From Patescibacteria group bacterium (GTDB taxonomy: Bacteria; Patescibacteriota; Minisyncoccia; Phycocordibacterales; EsbW-18), in contig JBBTTA010000003.1 in NCBI GenBank assembly GCA_038064475.1, positions 24,985-88,984 on the forward strand: a stretch of DNA of 64,000 bases. Direction: 5' to 3'. The notes below the pieces were generated by a model that had not been told where the DNA came from, did not search any database, and saw only the letters and a list, made by a program, of their open reading frames with translations. Below are positions 36,970 through 46,375 of this stretch, piece by piece. Within the stretch, counting starts at the first letter, position 1. Each line of letters starts with the position of its first letter. Both the position numbers and the translations under genes were made by a program.

Positions 36970-37761
36970 ATGCAGCACCATCACGCAAAAAAACGACTCG
37001 GTCAGCACTTTTTGAAATCAACCAAAGCGCTCCATGCGATGTGTAACGCTGCGCACCTCTCACAGAATGATGTCGTACTTGAGATTGGTCCTGGGAAAGG
37101 AATTTTAACGCGCGAATTATTACAGAGCGGCGCACGTGTTGTTGCTGTTGAGAAAGATAGCGATCTTTTGCCGATCCTTACTGAAACATTTGTTGAAGAA
37201 ATAAAAAACAATCAGCTCACACTCATACATGGCGATGTGCGTTCGTTCGATCCAAACACACATGGGCTTGTTGAGGGAGAATACAAACTTGTCGCAAACA
37301 TTCCGTACTACATCACCGGAGAAATCATCTCCACATTTCTTGAACATGTTGCAGCTCCATCAACAATGATCTTGTTGGTACAAAAAGAAGTTGCTAATCG
37401 CATTGTTGCGCGAGATAAAAAAGAAAGTGTGCTTTCAATTGCAGTAAAAGCGTTCGGTACACCACGAAGTGTTGAGCGTGTTTCAAGAAAATATTTTTCT
37501 CCACCACCAAAAGTTGATTCTGCGATCATCGCAATCGAGAATATTTCACAAAAAAACTTCGCCTCTGTTTCGAAAAAAGAATTTTTCTCACTTCTTAAAC
37601 TTGGTTTTGCACAAAAACGAAAGAAGCTTGCGGGAAATATTTCGTCACGCATTTCAAAAGAAAAATTCGCAGCGTGGTGCGATGCGAATTCTGTTTCTCC
37701 CGATGTTCGTCCTGAAAATCTTTCAGTTAATCACTGGTTTTCTCTTGCGCAAATTCTCTAA
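36970..37761 (+). CDS. rsmA: 16S rRNA (adenine1518/1519-N6)-dimethyltransferase RsmA/KsgA
   Basis: GQHFL, VLEIGPGKGILTREL, NIPYYIT motifs. Confidence 0.9.
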   Translation: MQHHHAKKRLGQHFLKSTKALHAMCNAAHLSQNDVVLEIGPGKGILTRELLQSGARVVAVEKDSDLLPILTETFVEEIKNNQLTLIHGDVRSFDPNTHGLVEGEYKLVANIPYYITGEIISTFLEHVAAPSTMILLVQKEVANRIVARDKKESVLSIAVKAFGTPRSVERVSRKYFSPPPKVDSAIIAIENISQKNFASVSKKEFFSLLKLGFAQKRKKLAGNISSRISKEKFAAWCDANSVSPDVRPENLSVNHWFSLAQIL

Positions 37762-37773
37762 AACACGTTGATA

Positions 37774-38229
37774 TTACTGCATTCTTTGAAGAAGAGATGT
37801 TCCCATCCCGACGAGATATCCGTTCGCTCCCGGCGTCACTACTGAACATCCAGTTGAGCTAATTTCTGCACACACCGCATTTTGATACGGGAAGAAATTT
37901 CCGAGCACATTTACTTCATATCCCGGAATAATCATTCCGTATTCATACAAACGAGAAATAAATCCTGTGAGAAATCCAAAATCTACACCAAGACTTTCAA
38001 GCGCTTGCGCAAGATATGGCCAAATAATTGTGTACTGAACATTTTTACTAATGTCATGTACGGTAAAGATAATAAAACCACAACTACATGTGATGTAATC
38101 AACATCAACAAGATACCCGCCGAAGTTTGTAAGCAACTGTGCTTCACTCTTATGCACAGGAATCAAAAATGTCACAATAAAAAGAAAAGTGAGTGCAAGT
38201 GATTTGAAAATATGTTGTGTGCTGTGCAT
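37774..38229 (-). CDS. Secreted hypothetical protein
   Basis: Start taken at MHSTQHIFKSLALTFLFIVTFLIPVHKSEA signal peptide (38229); alternative upstream start at 38283. Confidence 0.5.
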   Translation of the reverse strand: MHSTQHIFKSLALTFLFIVTFLIPVHKSEAQLLTNFGGYLVDVDYITCSCGFIIFTVHDISKNVQYTIIWPYLAQALESLGVDFGFLTGFISRLYEYGMIIPGYEVNVLGNFFPYQNAVCAEISSTGCSVVTPGANGYLVGMGTSLLQRMQ

Positions 38230-38230
38230 A

Positions 38231-38968
38231 TTAATAAAATGTAAAAATAAATGGCATAAAGTTGCTTCGTCCCCCGACGGCATTCGTCACACCAATCTGA
38301 TATTCCATTTCAAACTGTTCTTCTTCATAAAAATCTGCGTTCTCTTCCAAAAATTCTTTTGGAAATGGTCCCTTGATCGTGACACGCATCGTCATGCCGT
38401 CAGCTGATGATACATTATTGAACTCCTCAAAGGCAGAGCCGACTTTGTTTCCTGTCGGAGAAAATCCGTACCCCTTGATTGTGACAACGGTGCCAACACC
38501 ACCTTTGCTCGGCGTAATCGACTGTATGGTTGGTGTGGTGCCCGTCGATCCCGTACTTCCACCACCAAATTTTGTACCTGTTGTGTTTGTGTACACCGTT
38601 ACACCTCCTGATGCCGAAGGTAGTGTTTCGCCTGACATGTGTGCTCGTGTGCGCTCTCCAAACACACCAGTACCAACCGTGAGTCCAATGGGGAAGAGAA
38701 TTTCTGTTGCGTGAAGTTCTTGATACTTCGAAACAGCCGCTGCAGTCAGAGGACCAAAATACGTACTTTCATATCCTGGAGAACCAATTCCTGATACAGA
38801 AACTTGTGTAAGTACGTTTGTATTCAGCACTTTTTGGAGTTCACGAACGTCTTCGCCCGTCGAACCAATCGTTAGTGTGCGCGAAAATACGGCCGCATGT
38901 GTGACTGAAATAGAAAAAAGAAGGATGAGTGCGAGAGAAAGAAGAGTTGTTGTACAAAATTTCTTCAT
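38231..38968 (-). CDS. Secreted protein with peptidoglycan-binding (PG_binding_1-like) and IPT/TIG-like domains
   Basis: Signal peptide MKKFCTTTLLSLALILLFSISVTHA; GSTGEDVRELQKVLN...GPLTAAAVSKYQ motif. Confidence 0.6.
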   Translation of the reverse strand: MKKFCTTTLLSLALILLFSISVTHAAVFSRTLTIGSTGEDVRELQKVLNTNVLTQVSVSGIGSPGYESTYFGPLTAAAVSKYQELHATEILFPIGLTVGTGVFGERTRAHMSGETLPSASGGVTVYTNTTGTKFGGGSTGSTGTTPTIQSITPSKGGVGTVVTIKGYGFSPTGNKVGSAFEEFNNVSSADGMTMRVTIKGPFPKEFLEENADFYEEEQFEMEYQIGVTNAVGGRSNFMPFIFTFY

Positions 38969-38977
38969 GTGGGGCTT

Positions 38978-39150
38978 ATTGTACTATACCCCGCACTAAA
39001 ATGGCTTATTTACTCGTCAAGGCGTTGCCTTGACGATGACTAGACGCCCAGCGTCTAGTCAAAATTGATAGACACTCGGTGTCTATCAAAAGAAGTCTTG
39101 TATTATCAACGCTTGCTCGTTGGAGATAGGTTTAGTGCGGGGTATACTTT
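38978..39150. repeat. Palindrome block: three consecutive 9-10 bp-arm palindromes with 3-nt spacers framed by an inverted pair of the 18-bp motif actataccccgcactaaa / tttagtgcggggtatact
   Basis: tcgtcaaggc-gtt-gccttgacga (39014..39036), gactagacgc-cca-gcgtctagtc (39038..39060), gatagacac-tcg-gtgtctatc (39065..39089), flanked by 38980..38998 and 39131..39150. Confidence 0.85.
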
Positions 39151-39155
39151 ACAGC

Positions 39156-40148
39156 ATGAATGGGGGTTCTCCGTCTTATTTTTTGCGAAGACACAGCAAA
39201 CCAATTGCACTTCTAATTTGTGTCGTTGCTCTTATCACCGCAACGGTTATTGCGCGCCAAACAGAGTCTTCAGGAGCTGGCTTTATTCTTAAAGCAGGCC
39301 CTCAGGCAACACGTGTTTCTGTCACTGAAGTAGATACTGACAAGGACGGCCTCAAAGATTGGGAAGAATCACTTTTAAAAACCAATCCAACCCTTATAGA
39401 CACCGATGGTGATGGCTTACATGACAAAGAAGATGTTGAAAAAGAAGAGGAGGAACGTCGTGAGGAAGAAGAAAGACGAATTTCTGAAAATGTGGCCGCG
39501 GTCCAAGAACCAGAAAATTGGAATGATTTAAGTTACTCTCAGCAAACATCCCGCCTCTTTCTTGCGCAGTATCTTTCGTACAAAGATCCGGGCGAACCTT
39601 TGGGGGATGATGAAATTACCTCGATTGTAGAAAATCTTCCTGAATACGAAGCGCCCGAACGAGTGTTTGTTCCATTTTCAGATGATGACATTGTCGTAAC
39701 AGAAGATAATTCAGAGAGTGCGCTTCGCGCATATGGAAATGCACTCGCACTTATTTTAGAAAAACCAGCAGATGGAGATACCCCGAACGAATTACTTGTG
39801 CTGCAATCATTTGCATCAAGTGAAAATGGAGACACATTCGTAGAACAAGTCGATGCTGTTGTAGCACAATATACGTATGTACTTGATCGTATGAAAGTAT
39901 TGCCAGTTCCTGACATGCTTGCTGATGAACATCTCTTGATCATGAATAGAATGGGAGTTGTTCGAAATGACTTTGAAGTGATGTTGAAACTTCAGAAAGA
40001 ACCTTTCGTCGCAATTGCTGCAATAAGCGCATACAGTCGAGACTCAAGCGACATGGCAAACGCCTTTGATGCACTGCGCGCTGCGTTTGATGAGAGCGGT
40101 GTCGAGTTTGAAGATTCAGAGCCAGGAATCTTGTTTGCACAAGAATAA
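39156..40148 (+). CDS. Membrane-anchored protein with Asp-rich Ca-binding-like repeats (first gene of the T4SS-like cluster)
   Basis: Start MNGGSPSYF at 39156; TM IALLICVVALITATVIA; DTDKDGLKDWEE / DTDGDGLHDKED repeats. Confidence 0.55.
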   Translation: MNGGSPSYFLRRHSKPIALLICVVALITATVIARQTESSGAGFILKAGPQATRVSVTEVDTDKDGLKDWEESLLKTNPTLIDTDGDGLHDKEDVEKEEEERREEEERRISENVAAVQEPENWNDLSYSQQTSRLFLAQYLSYKDPGEPLGDDEITSIVENLPEYEAPERVFVPFSDDDIVVTEDNSESALRAYGNALALILEKPADGDTPNELLVLQSFASSENGDTFVEQVDAVVAQYTYVLDRMKVLPVPDMLADEHLLIMNRMGVVRNDFEVMLKLQKEPFVAIAAISAYSRDSSDMANAFDALRAAFDESGVEFEDSEPGILFAQE

Positions 40149-40149
40149 T

Positions 40150-41922
40150 ATGTTGCGTTTCTCATCACAAAAAAGCCGCTCAACCCTCCTCACTATCATT
40201 GCGGGCTTTGCTATTTCGGTCTTTCTGCTTATACCGTTTGTACAAGTGTCAACGGTGAAGGCAGATTTTCAAGACAACCTCGAGGAGTGTGGTGAAGCCG
40301 CTCTCATTTCGCTTATCGGCATGCTCATTTCTGCCGCAGCAACACGTGTACCAATTGATGATTGGCCAAGTTGGATCAAAGAACAGGTGATGGACTGTGT
40401 CGCATGGGCAGCAAAGGCTTGGATCATCGAAGACATGACCGGACAAACCGTGGCGTATGTTCAAACTGGTATCAACGGAAATCCTGCATTCGTTCAAAAT
40501 CTTCGACAGCATCTCACACGACAAGCGGATGTCATTGCAGGATCATTCATCGAACAAACAGTTCCGTTTCTCTGTTCTCCATTCCAAGCTGACATCCAGT
40601 TAGCACTCATGAATTTGTATCGAAATGCAAAAGGTGTTGGATATTACCAATATGCAAGTTGTACACTCACCGAAGCAGTTGAAAATGTTGATGACTTTAT
40701 TGGCGGAGATTTTTCTGCGGGAGGATGGGAAGGATGGTTTGCGTTTGTTGGTGATCCGTACAACAACCCGATCGGCTCCTACATCGAAACATCAAACGAA
40801 CTTGCATCACGTTTGAATGCAGCAGCTGAGGAAGAAAGAACGGAGCTCGCATTTGCTAGTGGATTTTTGCGCAAAAAAACACAGACGTGTTATGCGTACC
40901 CTCCAGAAGGTCAGACTGGAGCTCCGCAACAATTTACAATACGAGATGGGCAATCTTTGGAAGAAGCTTTAGCAGAAGCTGGTATTGATAGTGCAGCTGA
41001 ATACGAGTGTGATCCTGCACAAACAATCACGCCAGGAGAGACGGTAAAATCTGGGCTTGAAAGTGTGTTCAAAACAAACCTTGACCAAGTTGTTGCTGCA
41101 GATGAGTTGAATGAAATTATTGCACTCTGGCTTGGGTATCTTCTCTCTGATGTATTGACTGGTGACGAAGGTCTTGCGGGATATACAAACGAAGACTTTC
41201 CTGAACACGAAGGTGTGACAGAAGACGGAGATCCGTACGAAGATGATTTGCCACCAATTCAAACAACATGTGGAACAGGAGGTTGGCTTGAAGCGGCTCC
41301 GGGCGTCACACAAGAGTTCGAACCATATCACTTCGAACGAAATGGTTTGGTACTTGATGCACAACCAGGCAATGCAAATATTGCATTTGAACTTGATACA
41401 CCAGCTGAAGCGGGTGAGTACTACACAAAAGTACAGGTAAGTATTGATGTAGAGATCGGACCTTGGTACGAACCAATGCCAACCGATTTTCACCAAATCA
41501 TGTATATCCAACGCGAAAGTAACCCAAACAATTACGACTGGCGTGAAAACAACCTTGGTATTTTGAACCTCCGTGGTCCTGGTCAAAATAAGTTTATTGC
41601 AGGACACAATTTGAATCTTACGATCGGTGATTGTACAAAATCAAAGAGCTCAAGCTTCTCGCCACAACAAGGTCAGCGTTACACATTCGTGTATGGATAC
41701 GACACAACACAAAGACTTGCGTGGGCAGAAGTAAAGCAAGGAAATCAGATTGTGACATCTGTTGGATTTAGCCCGACGGCAGAATTCATTGAAGCGATCC
41801 ACCCGTTGCATCGTGGCAATGAAGGGTTCTTCATCTCAATCGGTGGTCCAGACGGATACCACGCTCCTGAAGTGCCGATGTACGGATGGAAGTTCTACGA
41901 CCTCGTCGTCGACTTTGAATAG
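40150..41922 (+). CDS. Large secreted hypothetical protein (590 aa)
   Basis: Start MLRFSSQ at 40150 immediately after the previous stop; signal anchor LLTIIAGFAISVFLLIPFVQVSTVKA. Confidence 0.55.
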   Translation: MLRFSSQKSRSTLLTIIAGFAISVFLLIPFVQVSTVKADFQDNLEECGEAALISLIGMLISAAATRVPIDDWPSWIKEQVMDCVAWAAKAWIIEDMTGQTVAYVQTGINGNPAFVQNLRQHLTRQADVIAGSFIEQTVPFLCSPFQADIQLALMNLYRNAKGVGYYQYASCTLTEAVENVDDFIGGDFSAGGWEGWFAFVGDPYNNPIGSYIETSNELASRLNAAAEEERTELAFASGFLRKKTQTCYAYPPEGQTGAPQQFTIRDGQSLEEALAEAGIDSAAEYECDPAQTITPGETVKSGLESVFKTNLDQVVAADELNEIIALWLGYLLSDVLTGDEGLAGYTNEDFPEHEGVTEDGDPYEDDLPPIQTTCGTGGWLEAAPGVTQEFEPYHFERNGLVLDAQPGNANIAFELDTPAEAGEYYTKVQVSIDVEIGPWYEPMPTDFHQIMYIQRESNPNNYDWRENNLGILNLRGPGQNKFIAGHNLNLTIGDCTKSKSSSFSPQQGQRYTFVYGYDTTQRLAWAEVKQGNQIVTSVGFSPTAEFIEAIHPLHRGNEGFFISIGGPDGYHAPEVPMYGWKFYDLVVDFE

Positions 41923-41923
41923 T

Positions 41924-44107
41924 ATGAGTACAAACATTACAAAAATCCTTGGGGTGGTGATCGGAACATTCGCGATCTTTGTAATGTTTTTTGTTGTGGC
42001 TCCAGAGAAAGCAGAGGCCATTGAATGTCCTATTGGGCAAGTTGATGTTGGTGGAAGTTGCGTGGACTACGAAGAAAACCCCGAGGACGTCTCTTCTGCA
42101 AACTTAGACAACACAGAACAACCCCCAGAGTTTGGTTGTTCATTTAGTGCTTTTGATTTTTGGGGAGGTGTAAAAGGTTGTATGGCAGCCGTGTCTTACA
42201 CCATCATGTCCTTCTTTGCCATATTTCTTGGTGTTGCAGGACTCCTTCTTAACGGTGCGGTTGAGTTAACAGTTAGAAACATTGGTCCGTTTGTGAATGG
42301 TGTAGGGGATAGTGTTACTGGAATTGAACTTGCGTGGAAGTTGTTTAGAGATCTGGGCAATATCGTTATTCTTTTTGTGCTTTTGTTCTCTGCAATTGGA
42401 ATCATCTTCCGCACTGACAACATTGTTCCGCGCAAGACACTCGGAAAAGTAATTATTGCTGCGTTTCTTATTAATTTCAGCCTCTTCTTCACCAAAGCAA
42501 TTATCGATGTGTCGAACGTGTTTACGTTCACTATTCACAATGAAATTCAAAAAATCAGTGAAACAAATGACGATAATCTTGTCATTGGTGTTGCGGGCGC
42601 ATTCATGAATGGTCTAGATCCAATAACGATATACCGTAGTTTTCAAAAAGAGGCCGCTTTAGGAAAACCTGTTGAGAGCCATATTTTCCAACAAATGATT
42701 TTTGGGACCATCGTTCTGTTGGTAGCAACGTTTGTCTTTTTGGTCATGGCAGCGATGCTTTTGATTCGTTTTGTGATTCTTTTGTTCCTTTTGGTAACTT
42801 CTCCAATTGGTTTTGTGGGTGGTTTAATTCCTAAACTTCAAAAATATTCTACTGATTGGTGGAATGCTCTTCTTGGGCAAGCAATGTTCGCTCCAGTGTT
42901 GATGCTTTTTATACTTATTTCAATCTTGCTTATCAATAGCCCTGGTTTCAAAGACGCATTAAACTACAGTCCCGACTTAAAACTTGTTGATAGCAATGTT
43001 GGAAGTTTTCTTGGATTTGCTGGGAGTGGGGTAACAGGCATCATTCAATATGTTGTGGTGATTGGCCTTCTCATCACAGGACTCGTTGTTGCAAAGAAAA
43101 CAGCGGGAGATCTTGGAAAAGGCGCTGTCAGTTGGGTATCGAAGAAAGCAGGTTCATTGGCATTCGGTGCAACAGCAGCGGCAGGCTCGTATAGTATTGG
43201 AAGGTTTGGAGGAAAGCTCGCCGACTCACAATTTGCAAACACACTTCAGGGAAGCTCTAATTTTGCTGCGCGCCTAGTTGGTCGTGGTCTCATTAATACT
43301 GGAAAATGGACTGGGAAAAGAAGTTTCGATATTCGAGGAACATCTGCTGGAAAACAGTTGGATGCCGAAAAGGGTGCTTCTGGATTTATTGAGCGTGAAA
43401 AAGCAGAAAAGAAACGAATTGAGGAAGCGCGCAAAAAAATTAAACCTGATGACACAAGTGCAGCTGAACGTTTGGCTCTTAAGGCTGACCTTGAGTCGGG
43501 CAGCGTTGAGCGTGAAAAACTCAAGGCTGAGATCAAAAAACTTGAGGGTGTGGAAAAAAGCACTCTTACTACAGATGCTCAAAAAGCAGATGCTCGAGAA
43601 AAACGAGAGCGTCTTGAGAAAGAAAATGCAGTATGGCTTGCTCGCGAAGAGCGTTTGGACAAACTCGAAAAACAAAGTCCTGCTGTGCAAGAAGAGCGCC
43701 AGAAACAGGCACGAAAAGAAATTGCCGATTTGGCAAAAACACTTCAAAGCCATCAAATCCGTTTCGTTCAAGACATCATGAACGAAAAGAACGATGATAA
43801 ACGAAAGAAAATGCAGGATAGTCTAACTGGAAATGGGGCAAGGCTCGCAAAAGCAATTGAAAACCTTAGCGCTGCAAGTAAGAACATGGGTGATATCCAA
43901 AAAGCAGGTCAACTTGAATGGGCAAATCGTATGGCTAACGAAGGTGGTCCAATAAAGGCTGCTGCAGATAACATTAGAAAGGAGCTTAATAAATCAAAGG
44001 GTAAGAAAGCACTTGAGGATGCTATTGAGGGGATGGATAAAGAGGGCGGTGGAAAAGATAAGGGAGAAAAACCTGAAAGCGAAACACCTGCTCCAGATAA
44101 AAAATAA
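41924..44107 (+). CDS. VirB6/TrbL-like polytopic membrane protein with long charged coiled-coil C-terminal tail
   Basis: Start MSTNITK at 41924; at least 6 hydrophobic helices; about 330 aa Lys/Glu-rich C-terminal region. Confidence 0.55.
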   Translation: MSTNITKILGVVIGTFAIFVMFFVVAPEKAEAIECPIGQVDVGGSCVDYEENPEDVSSANLDNTEQPPEFGCSFSAFDFWGGVKGCMAAVSYTIMSFFAIFLGVAGLLLNGAVELTVRNIGPFVNGVGDSVTGIELAWKLFRDLGNIVILFVLLFSAIGIIFRTDNIVPRKTLGKVIIAAFLINFSLFFTKAIIDVSNVFTFTIHNEIQKISETNDDNLVIGVAGAFMNGLDPITIYRSFQKEAALGKPVESHIFQQMIFGTIVLLVATFVFLVMAAMLLIRFVILLFLLVTSPIGFVGGLIPKLQKYSTDWWNALLGQAMFAPVLMLFILISILLINSPGFKDALNYSPDLKLVDSNVGSFLGFAGSGVTGIIQYVVVIGLLITGLVVAKKTAGDLGKGAVSWVSKKAGSLAFGATAAAGSYSIGRFGGKLADSQFANTLQGSSNFAARLVGRGLINTGKWTGKRSFDIRGTSAGKQLDAEKGASGFIEREKAEKKRIEEARKKIKPDDTSAAERLALKADLESGSVEREKLKAEIKKLEGVEKSTLTTDAQKADAREKRERLEKENAVWLAREERLDKLEKQSPAVQEERQKQARKEIADLAKTLQSHQIRFVQDIMNEKNDDKRKKMQDSLTGNGARLAKAIENLSAASKNMGDIQKAGQLEWANRMANEGGPIKAAADNIRKELNKSKGKKALEDAIEGMDKEGGGKDKGEKPESETPAPDKK

Positions 44108-44115
44108 ATTTACGT

Positions 44116-44733
44116 ATGGATGAACAAGATTTTAATAAAGTAATACAAAACCGTTTAGCTGAACTACCAGAAAGTGTTCGGTCGGCAATTGCACATATAA
44201 ATTACCCTCAACAAGTTCAAAACCTGATGCAGCGCTTTCAGCTACGGCTCGATCAGGCGGGAATCGTTGATAGAGAAATTATGCTTGTTCTTCTAGGCAT
44301 GGAGCACCCCGACATACTCCTCAATAATCTTGTGCGTGAAGGCGGAATTGCGCGTGATGTTGCAACACAAATAGTTAATGATCTGAATGAAAATATTTTT
44401 AAAGCAATCAAACAAGATCTTGTGGAGACGTACACAAAAGATCAACTGGTTGAAGAAATTTTGGACCCAAATAAATCGAGAACGGTTTTGCCCGATAGAT
44501 CTGCCACACAAAGTACACCAAGCCAATCTCCTCAAGTGACGCTCGCACAACCAACCCCAACTCAACCAACCGGTATTGATCGTACGATGCCAAATGACAT
44601 TGCAAAAACAAAGCTTGAACAAAGCTTTCGTATTCCTCCTCAAACAACAACAGTTCCTCTGCATGGCGATATCCCAAAAATGACACCCCCCGCACGCCGC
44701 ACACTAGATCCCTATCGAGAACCCACGCAGTAG
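44116..44733 (+). CDS. Hypothetical protein
   Basis: 205 aa, Pro/Thr/Gln-rich C-terminus. Confidence 0.45.
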   Translation: MDEQDFNKVIQNRLAELPESVRSAIAHINYPQQVQNLMQRFQLRLDQAGIVDREIMLVLLGMEHPDILLNNLVREGGIARDVATQIVNDLNENIFKAIKQDLVETYTKDQLVEEILDPNKSRTVLPDRSATQSTPSQSPQVTLAQPTPTQPTGIDRTMPNDIAKTKLEQSFRIPPQTTTVPLHGDIPKMTPPARRTLDPYREPTQ

Positions 44734-44804
44734 GAGATGGAAGATAGAATATAGAAGATAGGAAAACTAAAATATATTTGATGTGTGTCGTGTAGAGTTT
44801 TTAG

Positions 44805-45182
44805 ATGGAAACTCCACTTAAGGATTTTACAAGCTTACGAGTGTGGCAACACTCTCGTCATTTTGCTGTAAAGATTTATAAAATTACCAGCGCATTTCCT
44901 CGAGATGAGATTTTTGGTTTAACGAGTCAACTTAGGCGTGCTTCCGTATCAATTGCTTCAAATATTGCGGAAGGTTTTGGCAGATTTTCGTTTAAAGAAA
45001 AAGTTCAATTCTACAATATTGCTCAATCCTCACTAATTGAAACGCAAAATCAGCTTATAATTTCAAAAGATGTCGACTATCTCCCTGAAAAAGAGTTTCA
45101 TATGGTATACAATGAGTCTGTGCTTATAGCGAAGATGTTATCTGCCCTCGTTAGGTCGTCTCGATCAAAATTTGGCTCTTAA
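44805..45182 (+). CDS. Four-helix-bundle protein (TIGR02436-like, the family often found in 23S rRNA intervening sequences)
   Basis: 125 aa; LRVWQHSRHFAVKIYKITSAFPRDEIFGLTSQLRRASVSIASNIAEGFGR pattern; flanked by inverted heptamer-repeat blocks 44735..44770 and 45186..45214. Confidence 0.7.
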   Translation: METPLKDFTSLRVWQHSRHFAVKIYKITSAFPRDEIFGLTSQLRRASVSIASNIAEGFGRFSFKEKVQFYNIAQSSLIETQNQLIISKDVDYLPEKEFHMVYNESVLIAKMLSALVRSSRSKFGS

Positions 45183-45217
45183 CCCATCTTCCATATTCCA
45201 TCTCCTATATCCAACTC

Positions 45218-45652
45218 ATGCGATTCGAAGTGCCACAATTTATTGAAGTCGAGGACAAAATATTTGGTCCTTTAACGTTCAAACAATTCGTCTACCTCGC
45301 CGGAGGTGGTGGTTTGTGTGTGATTATCTGGATTTTCGTTCCAAAAATCATCGGTATCTTTCTTATTCTCGCTGTTGCTGGTTTTGCGCTCGCACTTGCG
45401 TTCTACCAACCCAACAATAAGCCGTTTGTGGCTCTTCTTGAGGCCGCACTTCGCTATGGAACGGGAGGAAAGCTCTATATTTGGAAAAAAGAAGAGAAAA
45501 AGGCAGTGTCATCAGCAACTGCAGGTCAAAAGGCTCAAGATGCGGCCGCAAATCTCTCTGTCCCTCGTCTTTCAGACAGCCGTTTGCGCGATCTTGCATG
45601 GAGTCTCGATGTACATGACTCACTCTATAGCGATCAAGCAGAAAACAAATAA
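45218..45652 (+). CDS. PrgI/VirB3-like small membrane protein
   Basis: FIEVEDKIFGPLTFKQFVYLAGGGGLCVIIWIF matches the PrgI-family N-terminus; position before VirB4. Confidence 0.55.
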   Translation: MRFEVPQFIEVEDKIFGPLTFKQFVYLAGGGGLCVIIWIFVPKIIGIFLILAVAGFALALAFYQPNNKPFVALLEAALRYGTGGKLYIWKKEEKKAVSSATAGQKAQDAAANLSVPRLSDSRLRDLAWSLDVHDSLYSDQAENK

Positions 45653-45715
45653 TAGAAAGGTATTTCATACACAGAACGTGTTGTGGATGCTCATTCGTAG
45701 GTTAGAATAGAACTA

Positions 45716-46372
45716 ATGGCTCAAACAAAAGCCCAGTCGGCGCAGGCCTTTGTACCTGTGAAAGAAATTCGTAATGGTATTGTCGTTCTCAAAGACGGCT
45801 CTCTTCGCGCAATTTTGCTCGCTTCGTCATTGAATTTTGCCCTCAAGTCTGAAGACGAGCAATCGGCTATCATTTTGCAATTCCAAAATCTCCTCAACTC
45901 AGTTGAATTTCCAATACAAATCTTTATTCAGTCACGCGAACTCGATATTCGTCCGTACCTAGCACTCCTTGAAGCACAATTAAAAGAGCAGACCATCGAC
46001 CTCATTAAGGTACAGACACATGAGTACATCGACTTCATCAAAGGTTTCACTGAAAACGTTAATATTATGTCAAAGAGTTTCTTTATCGTGATTCCATACA
46101 GCTCCGCAATGATTAAAACTGCGGGTGGTATCAGTGGTGTCGTGGGCGGACTTGTTGGCACAAAAAAGAGTCGTGATCCAAAAGCAGCACTTGATCTCTT
46201 TGAGGAGGGGAGAAGTCAATTGGAGCAACGCGTCAGTGTTGTCTCACAAGGTCTCTCGCGCACAGGTATTCGCGTTGCACAACTTGGTACTGAAGAGTTG
46301 GTCGAGCTCTACTACAAATTATTTAATCCGGGTGATTCAGAAAAACCAATTAAACTTGGACCAACTTCATAA
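45716..46372 (+). CDS. VirB4-type ATPase, N-terminal segment (ends at in-frame TAA)
   Basis: VPVKEIRNGIVVLKDGSLRAILLASSLNFALKSEDEQ typical VirB4/TraC N-domain; same frame as the next ORF. Confidence 0.6.
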   Translation: MAQTKAQSAQAFVPVKEIRNGIVVLKDGSLRAILLASSLNFALKSEDEQSAIILQFQNLLNSVEFPIQIFIQSRELDIRPYLALLEAQLKEQTIDLIKVQTHEYIDFIKGFTENVNIMSKSFFIVIPYSSAMIKTAGGISGVVGGLVGTKKSRDPKAALDLFEEGRSQLEQRVSVVSQGLSRTGIRVAQLGTEELVELYYKLFNPGDSEKPIKLGPTS

Positions 46373-46375
46373 TCT

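Noticed and set aside
40969-43771. Long antisense ORFs 40969..41607 (-) and 43274..43771 (-)
   Set aside because: They lie opposite well-supported plus-strand genes (secreted protein, VirB6-like tail). They are Cys/Phe/Leu-rich artefacts of reading K/E-rich sequence in reverse.
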